Assembly: GCA_965240325.2 (NCBI GenBank)
Contig: OZ251245.1
Coordinates: 372,001-436,000 of the forward strand
Length of the DNA stretch: 64,000 bases
Source of the DNA: Rebecca billardiae RCC1528
Lineage: Eukaryota > Protista > Haptophyta
Reading direction: 5' to 3'
In this document: positions 42,166-52,067 of the stretch, one piece after another
Position numbering within the stretch: the first letter of the stretch is position 1
Layout: every line of letters begins with the position of its first letter
Notes under the pieces: generated by a model
The model's database searches: none
The model's input: the letters and a program-made list of their open reading frames with translations, nothing else
Told to the model about the DNA's origin: nothing
Made by a program: the position numbers and the translations under genes

Positions 42166-44076
42166 TCAGCCCGCACCGGCGTTGCGCTTGCAGAAGTGCT
42201 TGTGCACGGGGCGGTGCTCTTGCTGGTGCTCTCGAGAGCAGTAGCGCGCGAGGCCGGAGCAGCCGCCCGCGCACAGCCGGAGCGGCAGGACTGCGCCGCC
42301 ATCGCTGCCGCCGCTGCCCGCGAGCGTCGCGCGCCCGCACGAGGGCAGCGAGCACGTCATGCCTGCATGCAGGTCGTAGCGGAGAAGAGGGCTCGCCTGC
42401 TCGGCGGGCAGCGCCGGCGTCGCGCCGCTGGCGAACGCGTGCACGATCGGCAGCACGTATGCCAGCTGCGGCTCGCGCGCTGCCCACGCCTCGAAGCGCG
42501 GCACGTACTCGGCGAAGCACTGCCGCACGGGCTCCGAGTAGCGGGCGGCCTCGGCGGCGCTGAGCGCGAGGTGCGGGGGCGGCTTGCACGGGATGCGCGC
42601 GCTGGACACGTCAACGCCGCGCGTCTGCCACCGGCCGAGGGTCTCGACGAGCGCGCCGATGCACGCGCTCACCGGCCGCCGGCGCAGCAGCGCCGCGCCC
42701 GCGGCGCCGTGCAGCGCGAGCGTGTGCACGCCGCAGCCGTCGAGCTCGGGCGAAATCGTCAAGTCGACCGGCGAGTCGGGCGCCATGTCGAGATCGACCT
42801 CGTGGAGCAGGTTGAGGGCGAGCGACGCGAGGGTCGCGCCAAGCGGCCTCGCCGCCAGCCAGCGGTGCGCGCCGCGCCAGTCGCCCAGGTGGTACAGCAC
42901 GGGCGTGAGCGTGAGCAGCTGCGCGACAGCAAAGCGCTCCTCCACCACGCACGGCCCGGTCGCGAGGACCATCATGCGGCCGACGTACCAGTTCAGGGCG
43001 CGCTCGGTCTCCGCCGGGTCGAGCTGGGGCAGCACGGCGGCGGGGCGGCGCGCGGTGAGGCAGCTGAGGAGCGCCGCCGCGTGGCCCGCCACCTTGGGCA
43101 GCAGCGTGTGGCAGTTGTCGATCAGCCCGACGAGCAGCACCGAGATTGAGTTGGGCCGTGCCTCGTCGTGCTGGTGCGTCTGCGCCACCCACACGTGTAT
43201 GTGCCGGGCCAGCTCGGCCGGAGGGTCGGCGGCGAGCAGGTTGAGCAGCGCGCGCTGCCCGTCGGCAAGCCGCTGCGCGCGCGCCACCTCCTCGTCCTCG
43301 TCGCCGCCGCCGCCATCCTCTCGCCCCCCAGGCCGCTCGTGCTCCGCAGGTGCCGAGGCCGCCGCATGCGCGCGCGAGCGCGAGGCCGCAGGCGTCCACA
43401 TGAGAAGCTCGCGCACGAGGACGAGGCGGTAGAGCGCGTCGTGGGCCGCGTGAGCCAGGTTGGCCGCCGACTCGTCGAGCGGCACCTTTGGGGGCGCGCC
43501 CTCGTGCATGCAGCCGCCATTGTCGAACGGCGTGTTGCAACCGTCACACGGGTGAATAGCCGTGCAGCCGCGCCACGCGGGCGTGTCGCGCAGCGCCTGG
43601 GCGAGCGAGCCCGCCACGGCAGCGGCCTGCGCGAGCGTTACGCCGAGCATCTTGGTCCGATCTGGGTGCTCGAGGATCACGCCAACGTCCGCGTCCGTCG
43701 CCCACAGCGGCATGCACTCAAGCGCGTCGTGCACGACAACGGTCGGGGCTTCGGGAAGGCCCTGCCCCATGACGAGCTCGCCCAGGATCCTCGGCCCGAG
43801 TTCACGCAGAGTGTCAAGCGCGCGCGTCGACCTGGGAGGCCTACGCGCGTGCGGCACGATGCGCAGCCGACGCGACGGCACCGTGTGCACCGCGCCGCCG
43901 CGCTCCAGCCGCACGTCGCACTGGTTGGTGTGGACGTCGATGCGGATGACGCGACCGTCTTCTGGGCCCGGCTCGTCGTCGGGCTCGGAGAGGATGTTGA
44001 CCGTGCGCCCGACGCCGATCCTGACCCCGTCCGCGCTGTTCACGCCCATGTCGTCGTCGTGAGCGTGCGCGCTCAT
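42166..44076 (-). CDS. MYND zinc-finger protein
   Basis: C-terminal CSLPSC...LCAGGC...YCSREHQQEHRPVHKHFC. Confidence 0.85.
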   Translation of the reverse strand: MSAHAHDDDMGVNSADGVRIGVGRTVNILSEPDDEPGPEDGRVIRIDVHTNQCDVRLERGGAVHTVPSRRLRIVPHARRPPRSTRALDTLRELGPRILGELVMGQGLPEAPTVVVHDALECMPLWATDADVGVILEHPDRTKMLGVTLAQAAAVAGSLAQALRDTPAWRGCTAIHPCDGCNTPFDNGGCMHEGAPPKVPLDESAANLAHAAHDALYRLVLVRELLMWTPAASRSRAHAAASAPAEHERPGGREDGGGGDEDEEVARAQRLADGQRALLNLLAADPPAELARHIHVWVAQTHQHDEARPNSISVLLVGLIDNCHTLLPKVAGHAAALLSCLTARRPAAVLPQLDPAETERALNWYVGRMMVLATGPCVVEERFAVAQLLTLTPVLYHLGDWRGAHRWLAARPLGATLASLALNLLHEVDLDMAPDSPVDLTISPELDGCGVHTLALHGAAGAALLRRRPVSACIGALVETLGRWQTRGVDVSSARIPCKPPPHLALSAAEAARYSEPVRQCFAEYVPRFEAWAAREPQLAYVLPIVHAFASGATPALPAEQASPLLRYDLHAGMTCSLPSCGRATLAGSGGSDGGAVLPLRLCAGGCSGLARYCSREHQQEHRPVHKHFCKRNAGAG

Positions 44077-44259
44077 GGTGGCAAACGCGCGTTGATCAAG
44101 AGCGGAGGTTGCTCAGAGGGGCGCGCCCTCCAAAAAGGAGCTAGCTCGATCGCTTCGAGCCGGTGCACCGAGTGCCGACCGCCCCCGCGCCCGCCGGCCA
44201 GGGGCGGCGGCGGCGGCACTGGGCGAGCGGCACGGGCGGCGAGCGCGCAGGCGCCACGC

Positions 44260-45075
44260 ATGGCGCTCGTTCCTGCCGCGCAGCCCGCGATTGGCGGTGC
44301 TGCGCCCACGGTGGAGGCGCTGCCGCCGGTGCAGCCCAACCCTCTCGATGCTGTGCTGCAGCAGCAGGCGGCACCGGTCCGCTTCGTGGACGCCGAGCTG
44401 CGGGGCTGGGCAGAGGGCGGCGTGGACGTCGAGCGGAGGGCCAACGTGCGCATCAACACGGGCCGAGGCATCAAGCGCATGCTCGAGCTCGCCCGCGGGC
44501 CAGTACCGGCGCCGGGCCAGCTGCAGAACTTCCTCAGCAACGATCCGGGCGGCCAGGAGCTCGTGAAGCTGGCGGTGCTCGGCGAGCTGCACGGGATCGA
44601 GCGGTGCAAACGCCACCAGCCGAGCGGCGCTGGCGTCGGGCAGGCAGCCTCGGTGCCGCAGCCCGGGCCAGTCGACACTCCGCGCGCTGCTGCGCCGGCT
44701 TCCGAGAATGCGTCTCGGCCGCCGCCGTTGAGCATGCCTCCGGTGGCGCCGGGTGCGGGGCAGGAGAACTCTGCGCCAGCCCAGATGACCACGCCGACAG
44801 CGCCGCCGCCAGAGCGCGCCACCACGCCCTCGCCTGTGCCCGGCGCCCAAGCCCTGGGCACAGCTCAGCGACCCGCCGGCGACGACGACCTCGAGCCCGC
44901 AGGTGCGCGCGCTGATGCTGCGTCCTGCAGTCGCGACGGTGGTGCGCGCGCGCACGCACCGCCGCAGTTTATGCCGCCGCCGTCATCTTCTCATCAGACT
45001 CGGCGAGCGTCGACGCGCGGCGCCGGTGGCCGCGCGCCCGCGGGCGAGCAGCCAACTCACGCATCGGGCGCGTGA
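44260..45075 (+). CDS. Hypothetical protein (3' structure uncertain, possible intron from 44903)
   Basis: Coding-like ORF from ATG 44260, divergent from the MYND gene. No recognisable domain. Confidence 0.45.
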   Translation: MALVPAAQPAIGGAAPTVEALPPVQPNPLDAVLQQQAAPVRFVDAELRGWAEGGVDVERRANVRINTGRGIKRMLELARGPVPAPGQLQNFLSNDPGGQELVKLAVLGELHGIERCKRHQPSGAGVGQAASVPQPGPVDTPRAAAPASENASRPPPLSMPPVAPGAGQENSAPAQMTTPTAPPPERATTPSPVPGAQALGTAQRPAGDDDLEPAGARADAASCSRDGGARAHAPPQFMPPPSSSHQTRRASTRGAGGRAPAGEQPTHASGA

Positions 45076-46441
45076 GTCAGCATGCGTAGCAGTCATCAAT
45101 CGCCTCGTATCAAGGCCATCCTCGCTCATCACGGCGCGCGCGCGATTGACATCGCGACATTGCAAAAGGCCCGCCGCCTCATCTCTGCAGGTCTGCTGCT
45201 TATAATACTGGGCGTCCGAGCGGCTACCGACTTGACGCGGCCTTCCTCTCATGCGGACCTCTCCAAGCTGGCTCTGGCTCCGGTTGACCCCTGCCACGCG
45301 GTCCGGTCAGCATACTCTGCATAGAATAAACCGGGCGTACTGTACCCGGAAAATTATTATGATCTTATTCGCATTCCTGCGCGGCCGAATGACGAACGCC
45401 CGAAGTGCCACCACAGGGCCCCATCAAGTAGGGTTGCTATGGATGGGCTTATTGGACGGGATGGCCAATAGTTAAGTGCCGCCACAGGGTGTGAAACTCA
45501 GTTATATTTATTGTGATGACCTATATGTTTCATATATATATAGCTAGATTTAGGGAGTCCGGTGACACATTTCCAATAGCTACGGGTGCATCTGAATCGC
45601 TCCGGCGGACCGTGTTCTGACCAGAGTCTGAAATGGGTAAATACATAGTAACATTAGATCGAGTCTGAACTATAGAGGAAGTGCTTGTTGGCCCAACTCA
45701 TCGCTCTGAGGTCATCATCTAGGCATCCATTGACCATTCACCATATTGGCATTGAGGTCCTCCTGTGCAGTTTTCACGAGTGACTTCATGAACCTGGATG
45801 AGCTCAGCATCACAGTCGGCCCGTCTCTGGCAGGGGTCAACCGAAGCCAGAGCCAGCTCTTCTATATAATATGTACCCGCTCCTGTCTACGAGTCGAACT
45901 CGAGGACGAGGTCGTATCTGCTGCTGCAAGTGCAAACGGTAGGTGTCGGGCAGCTTCCGTCATCAATGTTCCGACCGTCCGCAAGTGACGCCGCAAGTGA
46001 CGCAAGTGAAACGGTCATCGACGGCTCATTTGTCGTCACTGCGCACTCACCTTCGGCGCCGAGCTATTCCGCATCGGCGACTGCTGCTTGCTTCATGGAA
46101 TCATGCTCATGCCTCATCCGCAACGCACAGTGCCGCCTCTTTGCAATAAATTGCTCGTCGCGCATATAAATATATAAATAATTTTGCTGAAGTATATATA
46201 TATATATATTAAATTATATTTAAACTACCATGATCCACCCTCGTGCCTGTGTCTCGGTTTAAAATCATATAATTGGTCAGCCGATGCCACTCCTAAGTAG
46301 AGCTATCTAGCTATATATATACTATTTCGCTATAATAATTAATTATTATTTTAATAATAATTAACTGCTGCTAGAGTGCTAGTACACCGGTCCGGGTCAC
46401 CCGCGCATATTATAAGTCCCACTCCCAGCAGGAGCAGCCGT

Positions 46442-47731
46442 CTAATGTCCTTGTCTTGCCATCAGCGGGTCGGGCAGGGTCGAGTCGCAGTGAATGTGAT
46501 GCTGCTGATGCTGATGAGGATCGCCGACGAGCAGCTCAGCAGAATTATCATCAGCAGTATCACTGCCGCCGCTCACGCTGGTGACCTGAGGCGGCCTGGT
46601 GCCGCACATCAACATGTCCTCCGCCTTGCCGACCATCTGGCTCGCAGTCAGAATGCTGTGCGGCAGGCGGCTGTTGATGAAGCCCAACGCTGCACTGTAC
46701 GCGTGCTCAAAGTAACCGTGCACAGCAGCGCGCACATCCGCACTCACGTCCGCACACCAAGACTGCAACCAGTCGCCGCAGGGTTGCAGGTTGTGCGGGA
46801 TGAGATCTGGATGCTCCACGGCGTGGGGCGCGTCCTCGAGGCCGAGCCATCTCGTCAGCCTCAGAAACGCGCTCATATGGTCGTGCTGGACCGCCTCCAG
46901 ACTGACCACGATCACGCGTTGGAGCGCCTCCGCCGCACCCACGTTCTCGTTTTGCATCACGTGCTCCAGTGCGCGGGGCAGCGTGTTGTAGTGCTCACGG
47001 TCCAGCCAGTCCCACCTGCAGCCGAGCGCGAAGTCGGCGAGCGTGGGCGGGTTCGACGGCGTGTGATTAGCCGGGCAGCCCGCGGGCGGCCGCCGCCCCA
47101 TCCGCACGATGCCCCTCCTCCGCTGCCGTTCTGCCACCATGAGGGCCGTGCGGACCACGTGATTGCGGGCCGATTGCAGCCACGCGATCGGCTCCCGTAT
47201 GCACACGACGGCGCGGGCAGAAGGGATCTGCGCAAGGTTGCCGTACGGCTTGACTCTCCACTGGTCTCGGGTCAGGTACAGGGGGTCCCCGATCATCACG
47301 CGCCTCGTCCCGTCGCCAGAGGCCTCGGCCGTCGCGCACAGCCGGCGCACGATTCCTTCTGGCGGTGGGCCTTCCTTTTTGAGGTTGTCTCGGTCCTCTG
47401 GGCAGTCTCGCTTCTTCTGCAGCACCATGCCCGGGCATGCAACCTTCGGATGCCTTGCCAGTGTATTCCGAAGGTTGGTCGTGCCGGCTTTGGGCAGCCC
47501 GACGACAGCAATGTCGAGCCGCACCTCACGCCACGTCGTCGCCGACACGTTACTGACGTTGCAGCCGCCGTGAGGAGCCGCAGCTGCTGGCCGGGGTGCT
47601 GAGCAAATGAGCATCATGGCGGCGGCAATACCCTGCACACGGCGGTGTGGCACGCTCCGCCATGCCCCCGCGCCATCTCCGTCGTCTCGAGGGATGCGCG
47701 CGGGAGGATGGGCGCGGCTCGGTGGCCGCAT
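46442..47731 (-). CDS. Sulfotransferase (P-loop, heparan-sulfate/Sulfotransfer_1-like), probable type II membrane protein
   Basis: 5'-PSB loop AVVGLPKAGTTNL..HP and 3'-PB motif CIREPIAWLQS. Start at ATG 47731 or 47617. Confidence 0.78.
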   Translation of the reverse strand: MRPPSRAHPPARIPRDDGDGAGAWRSVPHRRVQGIAAAMMLICSAPRPAAAAPHGGCNVSNVSATTWREVRLDIAVVGLPKAGTTNLRNTLARHPKVACPGMVLQKKRDCPEDRDNLKKEGPPPEGIVRRLCATAEASGDGTRRVMIGDPLYLTRDQWRVKPYGNLAQIPSARAVVCIREPIAWLQSARNHVVRTALMVAERQRRRGIVRMGRRPPAGCPANHTPSNPPTLADFALGCRWDWLDREHYNTLPRALEHVMQNENVGAAEALQRVIVVSLEAVQHDHMSAFLRLTRWLGLEDAPHAVEHPDLIPHNLQPCGDWLQSWCADVSADVRAAVHGYFEHAYSAALGFINSRLPHSILTASQMVGKAEDMLMCGTRPPQVTSVSGGSDTADDNSAELLVGDPHQHQQHHIHCDSTLPDPLMARQGH

Positions 47732-48500
47732 CCCCAGTGCCGGCGTACGTACCGGTTCGCCGTTCGCTCGACGTGTACATTGAAAACTTGTACAGCTTAC
47801 CCCCCATACTATAATGTATGGTATGGAGCGCACGTTGGAACTGTCTTCAGGATGGAACTTGAGCCCGCATTTCCCAGCGAAGCGCCCCATCTTGGCGTGG
47901 CTGGCACGGTCGGCACACGCTCCTTAGCGCTCGTTTCGCGGTGCGGCAGGCATTGGTCAGACCAGGCAGACATGCCGCGCCCGAATAACCGGGCCATGCG
48001 CATCCGCGCTGCGCGGCCTGCGCGCTGGACGACTGAGAGTCAGTGCCGACCCACTGCATTCCACTGCCCCGCATGCACCCCGAGTCACCTTCAGAGGGCG
48101 TCGACGAGCGCAGAGCGGGTGCGCGGGAGTTCGACCAATTCGTTCACCTTCTTGTAAGCACCAGCGGCGAGGTCGCAAGCCGAACCTTGACCAGCCGTGG
48201 AACTTGAGCTGGTCGGCAGGAAACCACCGCTTGGCACCAGATCAAGTTAGCAGCGTGCGAGGAGGAGGCGCGGTGCGCGTCCGCAGCTGGCGAGAAGCCT
48301 CCGGACCGTGCCGTTCTCAGCCGCACCCGCGCGCTTCCCGCCGCCGCCGGCCCCGTGTACGCCCGTCGTCGCCCTCGCCGCGTGGGCGCCAAACCGGGCT
48401 CAAGTTCCAACGAGCGCTCCATACATGCGCAAGTGGACGCACACAGTTCATTCGACCGTTAACGAGTACAGTACGTATGCTGTGCGGTGGCGATCGCGAC

Positions 48501-49215
48501 ATGGAGGCAAAGAGGCGCGATCGCAATGCCTCTTGGAAGCGCAGCCGCTCACCGGCCGAGCTCGAGGCGTATCGCCGCACGAACCGCGAGCGTGAGCGTG
48601 CGCGACACCGCGGCAGGTCGCCCGATGAGAAGCACTTGCGCGAGGCAGCTCGCGACCGTCGCGTCCGCGCGGTGCCGGCACCACCGAGTCTCAGAACGCC
48701 CTTGCCGCTTCGTGGATGACCAGCACGCGGCGCGCGTCGCGCGCGAGACGGATCGATTTCGAGCTGCGCATGCGCCGCACGTCCACACACGATACACGAC
48801 ATCAATACGCTGCGCACATGCCCACGCCCAGCATTGGCTGGGCAATCAATCGCGCAAGGCCGCGCGCCAGGCCCAACAGCGCGTGATTTGTCATTCGGCC
48901 GGACATATTGATGATGGCGCACTACGTAGTACTTGGATAGATCGTGTATCTCCCCTACTAATAATGTTGCCGCGAGATCGCGTCGAGATTGAGGTCGTAT
49001 ATCTCGTCCGCCAGTATATATGTGTGACATTTTCTCGCGCAGAAGTTGTCAGCGTGACCCCAGGTCATTTCGTCAGCAGGCGATCATCGCGAGCGCGAAT
49101 ATTGACATCCGCGCCGCCCGCCGACGAAGTTTGAGCAGTAGAGCCTCATCTCATGCAATATCAGATTTTGACGATCGACAGGAAGTTATCATTGGCGCGG
49201 ACGCCGCCGCCTAAT
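48501..49215 (+). pseudogene. Degenerate Helitron Rep/helicase N-terminal fragment
   Basis: Charged repeat leader (SPAELEAYRRTNRERERARH), then a frameshifted CAHAHAQHW..ICHSAGHI..PLL..LVRQY..FS..PGHF..PHLMQ..ID. This resembles the Helitron C-x-HC-x-A-x-W...CC-x-x-G...IRxYN...PxFAQxYxxD region, but is disrupted. Confidence 0.5.
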
Positions 49216-49498
49216 TTTGGGCCACACACCCCACAGTGGCCCGACAGTGGGGCACGTCTGACCGGTGACCCCTCTACTGATATGATGTCAGTCTACCAGT
49301 CGTACCATCGTCAGGCGCGCTACTGCAGAATAAATGCTGCTTGAGTACTTACGCTTCATATGACGACGATGCATGCCCATGCCCGGGCCTGACCATCATG
49401 GGCGGTGACAGTTCTGAGTGCGAGTTCAGTCGCCGCACGCGGGCGCCCGGGTCGTGGTCAATCCGCCGCCGTCGTCGCCTGCGCCTGCTGAGCGCGCG

Positions 49499-49643
<145 letters not shown>

Positions 49644-49669
49644 ATGTATATATATATCGCTTATAGTTA

Positions 49670-51702
49670 CACAGTAAAGAAATCGATTTTCGGCGTTACC
49701 GTAACCCGTCCGCACTTCCGCCCAGTGGGGATGCGGGGGAATTTTTTTCATGCCGCGTTCGCGGCACTTCGCGCCGCCACAGTGGAGAAAGATCGGGCCG
49801 AAGCCGTTTGAGCATGGTCGGTTGTGGGCACGCCCATTCGAATCGATGGCGCGCTCCGAGCGGCGGGCATGCGCGCATGTGTGCCGCGAGGGGGGCTGCG
49901 AGGCGTCGGCCGGCTTGCCAAGGCGGTTCCCCGGGGCGGCATCACCCTCGCCCGCCCCTCCTCGCCCACCCTCGCCCCACGGGCGGCCACACGTGACCTG
50001 TTAAGATGAGTTCACGGGAGCCGCACGGCACGCGCGCGGAGAGGCGAGGAAGTGGTGTTTCGCGGAAAAACGCTCTATAGCATTGTGCTCAACCCATGTG
50101 GGCACCCGCTCCACAAGTTTGTACGCCGCCAAACCGCACACAGCGGCCTGAGCAGCTCCCAGACTGAGTTTCGCTCTTGAAGCCTGTTTTTGGGCCAGAT
50201 CTTGGTGTGGATGTAGCGCGGCGAGGAGGCGCCGGGCGCGCGCCCGAGCTGCGTGCTGGCACTCGCCATGACCCATAGGCATCGTCCGTCGCGAACGACC
50301 CGGCTCGCCTCGACCTCTCCGACCCGCCGGGCAGCCACGACCGAGCACGGCACGACAATGGCCAAACCGGGAGGCTTCTCAGACCCCGCGGGATGGGCAT
50401 AGGCGCGAGAGAGGGCGCCCAGCGCGCTCTTGAGATGCACCGGAGCACGCACTGATGCGTATGGAACCATCCCATCACGATCGCCCCGACCTGGCGCGCC
50501 CTATCTGGCCCGTCAGGCTGCCCGCGCCGCCGCCGCCGCGCCACGCCGCCACCACGGGCGCCGCCGCATCGCGGGCACGTGGGTAAGTCTGTATTCAACA
50601 AATACAGAATTTCCGGTGCGGCCCTCTGTTGGGCGGCAAGGTCGATCTGGTCGACACCTGCCACGCGGCATGGGCCACGGCGCGGCGAGGTGGCGGCTGG
50701 CGCACCGCGGCGCGGGCGGGATGGCTCGAGGACACCACCGCCCCGCCTCCCACGCCGCGCCGTGCGCGTGCGCCGTGCTCTCGTCGCGTACCGAATTTCC
50801 TGCGGCGAGCGACAACACACAGCGCGACCATGCCATCGCGCGACGAGGTGCGTTCAGCTCGGCGATTTGTCGTATTTGTTGAATACATGCGGGTACGAAT
50901 CCGACGCACGACGCCCTCGACGCACACGTCGAGAGCCACGCGCGCGGCGTGGACTGGCACGCAACGCGGAGATGGCGGGCGCGGTGCCGCGGGCGCGCGA
51001 CTGGTCTAGAACAGCCCAATGAAGCGCGGGACGGCGCCGCGCGCGTGGGCTCGCCGCCGTCTCCTCGCAGTCGAATATTTCTGTGCACCCTCCTACCAGG
51101 TCAGTCGACCGACTTGCACGCGGCATGCGAGCACTGCGTGCGGGGAGGAGTGTGACATGGCAGGCTGTGGCGAGGTGGATGGCCGTGCAGGAGTATGCTA
51201 GGAAGGGCCGCTCCCGCGCTCGCGCGGTGCCTCGCGCACGCCTCGTCGAGGACGAGCGTGTTTGAATGGCTCCGGGGAGGCCTGAGACTTCGCTTGTTCA
51301 CAGCAGCGCGCGACAGGTGCACACAACGGAGGTGACGACCAGGCACTCCGGCGAGGGCGGCTGTGCTGGCAGCAGACTGCATTCGGAGTAAGATGCGCCA
51401 TCTTACGCGCCGCTTCGCCTCGCTGCATCGCCGCACTGAGCAGCAGGGCTCCACGCTCACGAATGGCTCACCACGAGCTACGTGACCGGCCAGCCGCGTG
51501 CAGCCCGGCGAGGCAGAGAGGGGCGGAGGGATGGGGAGGCTGGGTGGGATGTTGCAGTCCCATGCCCGGGGCACTCGTCAGGCGCCTGCGCGGCCACCGT
51601 AGCGTCTTCTGTGCGCTCGTGCGGCCCGCGCGAGAATTTCCCCGAAAATCGGCTCGTGTCGGACGGGTTACGGTAACGATAATCCCGTTTTTGTTCACTG
51701 TG
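49670..51702. mobile_element. TIR DNA transposon (non-autonomous or degenerate), TA flanks, CACAGT termini
   Basis: TA|CACAGTAAAGAAA..CGTTACCGTAACCCGTCCG on the left. TA|CACAGTGAACAAAAA..CGTTACCGTAACCCGTCCG on the right, read inward. No intact transposase. Confidence 0.85.
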
Positions 51703-52067
51703 TATATATCGTAGCTTGTCGAGTAGTGCGCCGCGGATCGGCGTCGTCTCTCACTAGTCTCAGTCTCCGTCTCGATCTCGGCTCTCTCATCACTCTACTC
51801 TCTCTCTCTCTCTATTCGCGACGATCTTATTAGCGTAACAAACTGTCAGTGATGACACGGCGGTGCCACTAGCAGCAAGCTGAGTGTAAGCAGCTAGGGC
51901 TTCGCGCCTTGGGCTTGGCTGCTCGGCTGGCGGCCGCCCCGCCCCGCACCACCGCCAGGGCGCAGCCTCGCCGCGCGCCTACGGCGCGGCGGCACGCCCT
52001 CCCTAATCCCTTCCCCGCCGCGACCCTCCCCCCGCCCTCCCCGTCCACACCGCCGTTCACTCGCCAG

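Noticed and set aside
51684-51702. RAG/Transib transposon suggested by the CACAGTG heptamer and nonamer-like sequence
   Set aside because: The spacer is 1 nt rather than 12/23, the flanks show TA rather than a 5-bp TSD, and no RAG1/Transib core motifs were seen.
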